Positions 53,327 to 64,000 of a stretch of DNA of 64,000 bases are shown here, in pieces. Source of the stretch: the human T2T-CHM13v2.0 reference genome, Homo sapiens. The notes under the pieces were generated by a model. The model was not told the DNA's origin. It did no database searches and was given only the letters and a program-made list of their open reading frames with translations. The position numbers and the translations under genes were made by a program. The DNA is taken from the NCBI RefSeq assembly GCF_009914755.1, contig NC_060927.1; one strand, 5' to 3'. Within the stretch, counting starts at the first letter, position 1; each line of letters starts with the position of its first letter.

Positions 53327-54343
53327 TTACAATTTGGCCTGATTTTGCAGTGGCTGGTACCAGTTGTTCCTTTCCATGTTTAGTGCTTCCTTCAGGAGCT
53401 CTTTCGGGGCAGGCCTGGTGGTGACAAAATCTCTCAGCATTTGCTTGTCTGTAAAGTATTTTATTTCTCCTTCACTTATGAAGCTTAGTTTGGCTGGGTA
53501 TGAAATTCTGGGTTGAACATTCTTTTCTTTAAGAATGTTGAATATTGGCTCCCACTCTCTTCTGGCTTATAGAGTTTCTACTGAGAGATCCACTGTTAGT
53601 CTGACGGGCTTCCCTTTGTGGGTAACCTGACCTTTCTCTCTGGCTGCCCTTAACATTTTTTCCTTCATTTCAACTTTGGTGAATCTGACAATTATGTGTC
53701 TTGGAGTTGCTCTTCTCGAGGAGTATCTTTGTGGCGTTCTCTGTATTTCCTGAATCTGAACGTTGGCCTGCCTTGCTAGATTGGGGAAGTTCTCCTGGAT
53801 AATATCCTGCAGAGTGTTTTCCAACTTGGTTCCATTCTCCCCGTCACTTTCAGGTACACGAGTCAGACGCAGATTTGGTCTTTTCACATAGTCCCATATT
53901 TCCTGGAGGCTTTGTTCATTTCTTTTTATTCTTTCTTCTCTAAACTTCCCTTCTCACTTCATTTCATTCATTTCATCTTCCATCACTGATACCCTTTCTT
54001 CCAGTTGATCGCATTGGCTTCTGAGGCTTCTGCATTCTTCACGTAGTTCTCGAGCCTTGGTTTTCAGCTCCATCAGCTCCTTTAAGCACTTCTCTGTATT
54101 GGTTATTCTAGTTATACATTAGTCTAAATTTTTTTCAAAGTTTTCAACTTCTTTGCCTTTGGTTTGAATTTCCTCCTGTAGCTCAGAGTAGTTTGATCGT
54201 CTGAAGCCTTCTTCTCTCAACTCGTCAAAGTCATTCTCCGTCCAGCTTTGTTCCATTGCTGGTGAGGAGCTGCATTCCTTTGGAGGAGGAGAGGCACTCT
54301 GCTTTTTAGAGTTTCCAGTTTTTCTGCTCTGTTTTTTCCCCAT
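53327..54343 (-). pseudogene. L1 ORF1 with premature stops
   Basis: Fragments of 74 aa and 106 aa. Confidence 0.9.
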
Positions 54344-54926
54344 CTTTGTGGTTTTATCTACTTTTGGTCTTTGATGATGGTGTTGTACAGATGGGTTTTT
54401 GGTGTGGATGTCCTTTCTGTTTGTTAGTTTTCCTTCTAACAGACAGGACCCTCAGCTGCAGGTCTGTTGGAGTTTGCTAGAGGTCCACTCCAGACCCTGT
54501 TTGCCTGGATGTCAGCAGCGGTGGCTGCAGAACAGTCGATTTTCGTGAACTGTGAATGCTGCTGTTTGATCGTTTCTCTGGAAGTTTTGTCTCAGAGGAG
54601 TACCCGGTCATGTGAGGTGTCAGTCTGTCCCTACTGGGGTGTGCCTCCCAGGTAGGCTGCTCGGGGGTCAGGGGTCAGGGACCCAGTTGAGGAGGCAGTC
54701 TCCCTGTTCTCAGATCTCCAGCTGCGTGCTGGGAGAACCACTGCTCTCTTCAAAGCTGTCAGACAGGGACATTTAAGTCTGCAGAGGTTACTGCTGTCTT
54801 TTTGTTTGTCTGTGCCCTGCCCCCAGAGGTGGAGCCCACAGAGGCAGGCAGGCCTCCTTGAGCTGTGGTGGGCTCCACCCAGTTCGAGCTTCCTGGCTGC
54901 TTTGTTTACCTAAGCAAGCCTGGGCA

Positions 54927-55217
54927 ATGGTGGGCGCCCCTCCCCCAGCCTCGCTGCTGCCTTGCAGTTTGATCTCAGACTGCTGTGCTAGCAATCAGCG
55001 AGACTCTGTGGGCGTAGGACCCTCTGAGCCAGGTGCGGGATATAATCTCGTGGTACGCCATTTTTTAAGCCCGTCGGAAAAGCGCAGTATTAGGGTGGGA
55101 GTGACCCGATTTTCCAGGTGCCATCCATCACCCCTTTCTTTGACTAGGAAAGGGAACTTCCTGACCCCTTGCGCTTCCGGAGTGAGGCAATGCCTCGCCC
55201 TGCTTCGGCTCGCGTAG
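54927..55217 (+). CDS. L1 ORF0-like antisense ORF (96 aa)
   Basis: MVGAPPPASLLPCSLISDCCASNQRDSVG... Expression is not shown. Confidence 0.6.
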   Translation: MVGAPPPASLLPCSLISDCCASNQRDSVGVGPSEPGAGYNLVVRHFLSPSEKRSIRVGVTRFSRCHPSPLSLTRKGNFLTPCASGVRQCLALLRLA

Positions 55218-55699
55218 GGTGCGCTGCACCCACTGACCTGCGCCCACTGTCTGGCACTCCCTAGTGAGATGAACCCGTTACCTCAGATGGAAATGCAGAA
55301 ATCTCCCATCTTCTGGGTTGCTCACACTGGGAGCTGCAGACCGGAGCTGCAGACCTATTCGACCATCTTGGCTGCCACACTCGCATGATCATGTTTGAGT
55401 GCAATAGCATGATCATGGCTCACTGCAGCCTTGTGTTCCCTGGGCTCAGTTGATCTTCCCACCTCAGCCTCCCAAGTAGTTAGGACTACAGGTGCACATC
55501 ACCATGCCTGGCTAATTTTTATACTTTTGTTGAGATTGTATTTTACCATGTTGCTCAGGCTGGTCTCGAATGCCTGGTCTCAAGCAGTCCACCTGCTTCG
55601 GCCTCCCAAAGTTCTAAGATTATAGAAATAAGCCACTGTGCCAGGCCTACTGCTGGTTTCTTAAAATATAAAGGTATGTTGTTTATTTGAGATATTTCC

Positions 55700-55995
55700 T
55701 TTTTTTTTTTTTCTTTTTTGACAGGGTCTCACTCTATTGCTCAGGCTGGAGTGCAGATGCAATCATGGCTCACTGCAGCCTCGAACTTCTGGGTCCAAGT
55801 GATCTTCCTGCCTCAGCCTCTCTAGTGGCTGGGATTATGGGCACACACCACTACAACTGGCTAATTTTTTTAAAAAAATAGAGATAAGGTCTCACTATGT
55901 TGCCCAAGCTGATTTCAAACTCCTGAGCCCAAGTGATCCTCCCACTTTGGCCTCCCAAAATGCTGAAATTATAGGTGTGAGCTACTGCATCTGGC
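55700..55995 (-). mobile_element. AluJ
   Basis: Diverged dimer containing gctcactgcagcctcgaac. Confidence 0.88.
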
Positions 55996-57544
55996 TCTTT
56001 TTAATATAGGCATTTATTGCTATCAACTTCCTTCTTAGTACTATATGTCATAAATGTTGTGTTTCCATTTTTGTCTGTCTTGGGGTATTTTTTAAATTCC
56101 CTTTTGGTTTCTTCTTCAACCCAATGGTTGTTCAAAAGTGCAGTGTTTATTTTTCATGTATTTGTGAATTTTTCTATTTTTTATGGTTGTTACCAGAGTT
56201 GCTGTTGGGTATGGCTCCTATCAGATCCCTTGCAGGATGGTGCTGGTGGCAAAATTGCAGCTAAGTGGGGCAGGAGCCAAGTCCATAAGAGGGCACGAAA
56301 GATTCCAGGTCCCCAACCAGGACCGTACCACAGCCACTGGGCCTCAGGCCTGCCTTCTCAAAGTGGCCCTCCTGGGTTTTGATGTCCACCAGTGTTTTGC
56401 AGCCTCCTACCTGGATCCTAAGGCTCCTACAAAGGCACATTTGTCCATGGATGATCATCAAATTATTGTTTCTTTAGGGATATGAGAGCTGGGGACCTCT
56501 TATTTCACTACTTTGCTGATGTCATTCTTGGTATAATTTATTGAGTCATCATGTTTCACATTTACCGAACAAGGGTGATGAATAAGAAAAGAAACAAAAT
56601 CAAATTTCAGCTGTCACTTATCTAATTAGTGGGCTTTCCATTGATGTAAAAGAATAGTGAGTTTGGGAAGTTCCTACAAAATCATCATTTATTTTCCTTT
56701 TTTAGGACATTGGTTCAGTCCAATATCATATGTTAACGCCTCATGTTCCCTTTGTGACCTTTCTGAACTCACTGAGTTTCCGTTTCTTATAATATCTGGG
56801 CATGGGGGTGGGGCGTAAGCAAGCAAAACTGAAATCTCATTCAGACTAGTTCTGCAATAAATTAAGCCCCTTTCTAAATATTTCTAAAGGTGAAGAATTA
56901 GAGGTGCCTCCTCTCTCTCTAAGCTGCTTCTAGCTTTTGCTTAGTGACTTCTATCTCATCTCTGTTCCTACTGGCTGTTGTGTTCTCTTGGCATTTTTTT
57001 GCCCCAGACATCAATGTAGCTGCTTCCCCCTTCCTCCCCCGCAGATACCACTAATACAGGGCTTTATAGATAAGGAGATTCCCTAAATGTTTGCAGATAA
57101 CAAAGGGGAAATACTGCACAAGACCAAAGAGTAACAAAGCTGACCATCACTGCCTTGGGTATATTTTACCAACTGGCACCCCAATTCTTGACTACTGGGA
57201 TCACTAGGGAAAATCCAAAAACTCCAATATTAAATTATTGAGGCTGAGTAATTTCCCTCCTTTTGTCTTGACAAGGACCAGGGAGCTCATTTATAACCAA
57301 AAGGGCTATTCAAGCATTTTCTTAAAGAAAAGGATTGTTTTCTTTCTGAAAATAAATTCCCTTTCCCAAAGGCAAAATTGCTTGAAGTGTTTTTAAACAG
57401 CGTTTACCCCAATACTTTTTAAATGATCATGTTTTTTAACTAAACATCAATTTATGTGGTCTGACAAGTTTTTTTCAATGTATAACTATATCTATATGAA
57501 AAACCTTTCAAGGTTTTAAAATTAAATTAGATCACAGTGCATGC

Positions 57545-57700
57545 TTAATGGAGCCTCAGTTTTCTCATCTATAAAACTATGGATGCTATGACCTACCTTA
57601 CAAAACGATTGTGCTATCAATGAGTCACAAAATATGCAAATACTGTAGGCACATAGCCCAGTTTCTGGCACACAGAGCACACTCACTGTGTTAGCTGACC
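57545..57700 (+). mobile_element. MIR
   Basis: gagcctcagttttctcatctataaaa core. Confidence 0.7.
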
Positions 57701-60443
57701 TTATAATGATAAAAGTAAAATTAAAAGAAATTAAGAGTGTCCTGAAATATTTGGGTGGGAATTACCACACCTTACCAAATACATGAGTCTCTCTCCATAT
57801 GTGGTGTTTCAAAAGTTACTTAGAGGAGAAAAGGGATCTTGACACTTCTTCTTTCCAAAACAATCTTTCTTTTCCCTATATCACCCCTTCATTACTTTAG
57901 CATATTATCTTGTGATCAAAGACATAAAAAATTATCTATTAACTTTTTAATTGATACATATTTATGGGGTACATGTGATACTTTGTTATATGCATAGAAT
58001 GTGTAATGATCCAGTTAGAATATTTGGGGTATCTGTCACCTCAAGTATTTATCATTTTTATGTGTTGAAAACATTTCAAGTCCTCTCTTCTAGTTATTTT
58101 GAAATACTTAATACATTGTTGTTAACTACAGTCATCCTACTCTGCTATTGAACATTAAGACTTATTTCTTCAATCTTACTGTATGTTTCTATCCATTAAT
58201 CAAACTCACCTCCCAAACCCCACCCACACATCCTTCCCAACCTCTGATGTCTATCATTCTACTCTACCTCCGTGAGATCAACATTTTTTAGCTCCCACGT
58301 ATTAGTGAGAACATGCAATGTTTATCTTTCTGTGCATGGCTTATTTCACTTAACATAGTGACCTCCAGTTCCATCCATGTTGTTGCAAATGACATAAAAT
58401 CATTCTTTTTTATGGCCAACTTGTATTTCATTGTGTATATATACCACCTTTTCTTCATTCATTCATTCATTGATGGACACTTAGATTGATTTCACATCTT
58501 TGCCATTGTGAGTAGTACTGCTTGTTGCATGGGCTTGTAGATATCGTTTTGATATACTGATTTTTTTCCTTTGAAGAAATTTCTAGTAGTAGGGATTACT
58601 GAATCATATGGTAGTTCTATTTTTAGTGTTTTGAGATACCTCCATACTGTTTTCCATGGTGGCTGTATTAATTTACATTACCACCAGCAGTGTATGAGTT
58701 CCCTATTCTCCACATCTACACCAGCATCTGTTATTTTTTGTCTTGGGGTAATAGCCATTCTGACTTAGGTGAAATGATATTTCATTTTCACTGAGATTTT
58801 GATTTGCATTTCACTGTTGATAGTGATGTCGAGCACTTTTTCATAGACCTGTTGACCATTTGTATGGGCTATTTTGAGAAATGTCTATCCATGTCTTTTG
58901 CCCACTTCTTAATGGGATTATTTGTTTTTTCTGTTGGTAAGTTGTTTGCATTCCTTGTATATTATGGATATTAGTTCCTTGTCAGATGAAGAGTTTGCAA
59001 ATATGTTCTCCCATTCAACAGGTTTTCTCTTCACTCTGTTGATTGTTTATTTTGCTGTGCAGAAGCTTTTAGTTTAATTAAGTCCCATTTGTCTGTTTTT
59101 GTTTTTGTTGTCTGTGCTTTTGAGGTCTTAGCCATAAAATCTTTGCCTAGACCAACATCCTAAAATGTTTTTTTATATTTTCTTCTAGTAGTTTCATACT
59201 TTTCAGTCTTACGTTTATGTCTTTAATCTATCTTGAGTTGACTTTTGTGTATGGTGAGAGATGAGGGCCCAGTTTCATTTTTCTGCAAATGACTATCCAA
59301 TTTTCCCAGTACCCTGTACTAAACAGACTGTCCTTTCCCCCATGTATGTTCTTGGCATCTTTGTCTCAAATGAGTTGGCTATAAATATGAGGATTTATTT
59401 CTAGGTTCTCTATTCTATTCCATTGGTCTATGTGTCTGCTTTTATTACCAATACCATGCCTTTTTGACTACTATAGCCTTGTAATATATTTTGAAGTCAG
59501 GTAGTGTGGTGCCTCCAGCTTTTTTCTTTTTGCTCAGAATAGCTTTGCCTATTTGGGCTTTTTTTGGTTCCATATGAATTTTAGGAGTTTTTTTTCTATT
59601 TCTGTGAAGAATGCCATTGTTATTTTCCTAGGGATTGCATTAAATCTGTAGATTGCTTTTGCAAGTATGGTTATTTTAATAATATTGATTCTTCCAATCC
59701 ATGTTCATGGAATATCTTGCTGTTTGGTCATTTGTCTGTGTCCTCTTTAACTTATTTCATCAGTGTTTTGTGGTTTTCCTTGTGGAGTTCTTTCACCTCC
59801 TTGGCTAAAGTTATTCTCAGGTTTTTTGTTTGTTTGTTTTTGTTTTTGTTTTTAGCTATTGCAAATGGAATTGCCTTCTTGACTTCTTTCTCAGCTAGCT
59901 GAAAATATGTTGATTTTGTATTCTGCAGCTTTACTGAATTTATTGGTCAGTTCTAAGAGTTTTTTGGTGGAATCGTTAGGGTTTTCTAGAAATGAGATTA
60001 TGTCATCTGCAGAGAGGGATACTTTGACTCCCTCTCTTTCAACATGGATGCCTGGTACTTCTTTCTCTTGACCAGTTGCTCTGGCTAGGACTTCCATTAC
60101 TGTGTTGAATAGTAGTGGTGAAAATGGGCATCCTATCTTTTTCTAGTTCTTAGAGGAAAGACTCAGTTTTTCCCCATCCAGTATGATATTAGCTGTGGGT
60201 TTGTCATTTACAGTCCTAATTTACGGTTGAAGTATGTTCCTTCTAAGTCTTGTTTTTTTTTTGAGAGGTTTTTTTTTTTAATCATGAAGTGATGTTGAAT
60301 TTTATTAACTGCTTTTTCTGCATCTATTGAGATGACTATATGGTTTTTGTCCTTTATTCTGTTGATGTGATGTATCATGTTTATTGATTTGTGTATGTTG
60401 AATCTTTGCATCCCTGGAATAAATCCCATTTGATCATGGTGAA

Positions 60444-60776
<333 letters not shown>

Positions 60777-61311
60777 TAGTATTTTCCTGAGAATTTTTGC
60801 ATATATGTTCATCAGGGATATTAACCTGTAGTTTTGTAGTTTTGTTGAGTCTTTGTCTAGTTTTGGTACCAGGGTGATGCTGGTCTTTTAGAATGAATTA
60901 GGAAGAATTTCTTCCTCTTTAGTTTTTCTGGAATAGTTTGAGGAGAATTGTTGTTAGTTCTTTGTAAGGCTAATAGAATTCAGCAGTGAAGCCATCCTGT
61001 CCTGGACTTTTCTTTGTTGGGAGACTTTTTTTTACTGCTTCAATCTCATTACTCATTATTAGTTTGCTCAGTTTTTCTATTTTTCCTGATTCAACCTTGG
61101 TAGGTTGTATGTGTCCAGAAATGTATTCGTTTACTCTAGATTTTTCAGTTTGTTAGTGAAAGAGTTTCTTTTGATCTTTTGTATTTCTGTGGTATCACCT
61201 CTGATGTTTTCTTTTTTATTTCTGATTTTGTTTACTTGGGTCTTCTCTCTTTTTTTTTCTTGGTTAATCTAGCTAGTGGTTTATAAAATTTATCTTTTCA
61301 AAAAGCCAGCT

Positions 61312-61602
61312 TTTATTTTTTATTATTTATTTATTTATTTTGAGACAGGGTCTCCCTCTGCCACCAAGGCTGGAGTGCAGTGGCACAGTCTTGGTTCACT
61401 GCAACTCTGCCTCCTGGGCTCAAGTGATTCTCTCACCTCAGTCTCCCAAGTAGCTGGGACCACAGACATGCACTAATTTTTTGTATTTTTGGTAGAGACG
61501 GGGCTTTGTCATGTTGCTCAGGCTGGTCTTGAACTCCTGGGCTTAAGCAATCCTCCCGCCTTGCCCTCCCAAAGTCCTAGGTGTGAGCCACTGCACCCAG
61601 GC
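61312..61602 (-). mobile_element. AluJ
   Basis: Diverged dimer with (TTTA)n tail. Confidence 0.88.
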
Positions 61603-63345
61603 GAAACCAATTTTTCATTTCATTGATTCTTTGCATTATTTTTTAGTTTCTATTTCTAATTCTGCTATGATCTTTATTATTTCTTCACTTCTACTACTTT
61701 GGGGTTTGATTTGTCCTTGCCTTTTAGTTCCCCGAGGTCCATAATTAGATCGTTTATGTGAAATCTTTTTACTTTTTTGATGTAGGTGTTTATTGCTATA
61801 AACTTCCCTCTTAGCACTGTTTTTTCTGCATCCCATAGGTTTTGGTATAGTATGTTTCAATTTTCATTTATTTCCACAATTTTAAAAGTTTTCCTCCTTA
61901 ATTTCTTCCCTGATCAAATGATAATTTAGGAGTATGTTGTTTAATTTGCATGTATTTGTACAGTTTTCAAAGTTCCTCTTGCTATTGATTTCTAGTTACA
62001 TTCCACTGTGGTCTGAGAAAATACTTATATGATATTTTTTTTAAGTTGTGGAGACCTGTTTTGTGGCCTAACATACGGTCTATCCTAAAGAATGTTCCAT
62101 GTGCTAATGAGAAGAATGTGCGTTTTGTAGCTGTTAGACGGAATGTTTTATAAATGTCTGTTACATCCATTTAGTCTAATGTGTGGTTCCAATTCAATGT
62201 ATATTTGTTAATTTTCTGTCTAGATGATCTATCTGATGCTGAGAGTAGGGTGTTCAAGTCCCTATTATTGTTGTATAGGAGTCTGTCTGTCCCCTTAGAT
62301 CTAATGATATTTGCTTTATATATCTGAGTGCTCCATTTTTGGGTGTGTCTCTGTTTTGAATTGTTATATTCTCTTGCTAAATTGATCCCTTTATTATTAT
62401 ATAATAGATTTCTTTGTTTCTTTTCATTGTTTTTGACCTAAAGTCTGTTGTCTGATGTAAGAATAGCTATTCCTGCTTACTTTTGGTTTCCATTTGCTTG
62501 GAATATCTTTGTTCCATTCCTTTACTTTCAGACTTTATGTGTCTTTACATGTGAGGTGAGTTTCTTATAGGCAGCATATAGTTGGGTCATTTTTTAATCC
62601 ATTCAGTCAGTGTATATCTTTTAACTGTATCATCTATTTATATTCAAGGCTATTTTTGATATGTGATGGCTTATTCCTATCATTTTATTAATTGATTTCT
62701 GATTGCTTTATATGTCTTTTATTCTTTTCTTTTTACTTATTGTTTATCCTTGTGATTTTGTGGTTTTCTATAGTGGTAACAATTGAATTCTTTCCCTTCT
62801 TTATTTGTGAGTTTCTTCTACTAGTGGGTTTTATACTTTCATTATTTTTCTGATGGTAGATATTATCCTTTGACTTCCAGCTGTAGGACTCCCTTAAGCA
62901 TTTCTTTTGGGGCTTGTCTAGTGATGATAAGTTCCCTCAGCTTTTGCTTGTTAGGAAAGACTTTATTTCTCCCTCATTTATGAAGAATAAGTTTCCTAGG
63001 TATAGTATCTTTGACTGGCAGGTTTATTTTGTTTTGGCACTTGAATATATCATTTTATTATTTCCTGTCCTATAAGGTTTCTGCTGAGAATCTACTGTTT
63101 GTCTGAAGCAAGTTCCTCTATAAGTGACTAGATGCTTTCCTCTTGCTGTTTTAAGAATACTCTGTCTTTGACCTTTGACAGTTTGACTATAATGTGCCAT
63201 GAAGATCTTTTTAAATTGTATCTATTTGAGGATCTCTGAGTTTCCTGTATCTCAATATCTAAATCTCTTGCTAGACTTGGGAAGTTTTCAGTTATTATTT
63301 TGTCAAATAGGTCTTCCATCCCTTTCATTTCCTCTTTGCCTTCTG

Positions 63346-63558
63346 TTTATAGCCAAAGAAATCATATGAAGATTATACTACTGCATGCACCCAGAATCAA
63401 AGCCAAAGAGCCCTACCCAATCAACATCATATGTATCTTCAGAAAAAAGTTCTCCTCTACAAAAGCAAATTCAAAGAATTGGAAGAAGTAACTGTTACAC
63501 AAGACGCACAGACAAAAATGTAGGAACACAAGAAACATGAAAAAGCAAGGCAATATGA
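63346..63558 (+). mobile_element. Inverted L1M 5' UTR/ORF1-start fragment inserted in the minus-strand ORF1
   Basis: A-rich segment ending aaacATGaaaaagcaaggcaatatga, embedded in a T-rich host. Confidence 0.75.
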
Positions 63559-64000
63559 AATTCTAAGAAATTCTAAACCAGAAATTTTTTTGATTGCTTT
63601 ATGGTATTCTGTATGTTACGTAGGCTTTGTTCATTCTTTTTTCTTTATTGTTGTTTGACTGGGTTATTTCAAAAGTCCTGTCTTTAATTCTGACTTTTTT
63701 TTTCCTGTTCAATCTGATCTATTCTTGAAATTTTCAAATGTATTTCGCATTTTATTCAATGCAAAGTTTTTCAGTTCTAAAATTTTGTTCTTTTTGATGG
63801 TAGCTATCTGTTTTGGTATATTTCTCATTCAGAATCTGAATCACATTCCTGATTTCTTATATTATTTATCTGTGTTTTCTTATACCTCACTGTTTCTTTA
63901 ATCATATTATTTTGAATTCTTTTTCCAGAATTTCATAAATTTTTTTCATTGAAATCTACTGCTGGAGAATTTTTGTGTTCATTTGGAGGTGTCATATTTC

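Overview
This is repeat-dense great-ape (human-like) genomic DNA. I can support no host protein-coding exon, RNA gene or CRISPR array. LINE-1 dominates: the 5' part of a young L1PA2-like element with intact ORF1 (1-3792, -), a full-length L1PA7-like element (40637-46763, -), a full-length L1PA3-like element (49205-55382, -), a short L1PA2 3' end and several old L1M elements. Between them lie Alus, MIR/L2, solo LTRs (MLT1, MLT2D, MER4E, LTR33, LTR16) and a MER81 MITE. The strongest observation is that the two young L1s, 51.45 kb apart in direct orientation, belong to different subfamilies yet share 14 non-consensus changes, including the same ORF2 frameshift, interleaved with subfamily-diagnostic differences. 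This points to patchwork non-allelic gene conversion. Other leads are a CpG-rich HERV-W/LTR17-like fragment upstream of the first L1 (possible 5' transduction), several template-switching scars, and a TATA/ETS/YY1/E-box/TCF motif cluster near 33 kb. Family names and consensus comparisons come from my memory of repeat consensus sequences, not from a search. Boundaries of old repeats are approximate.
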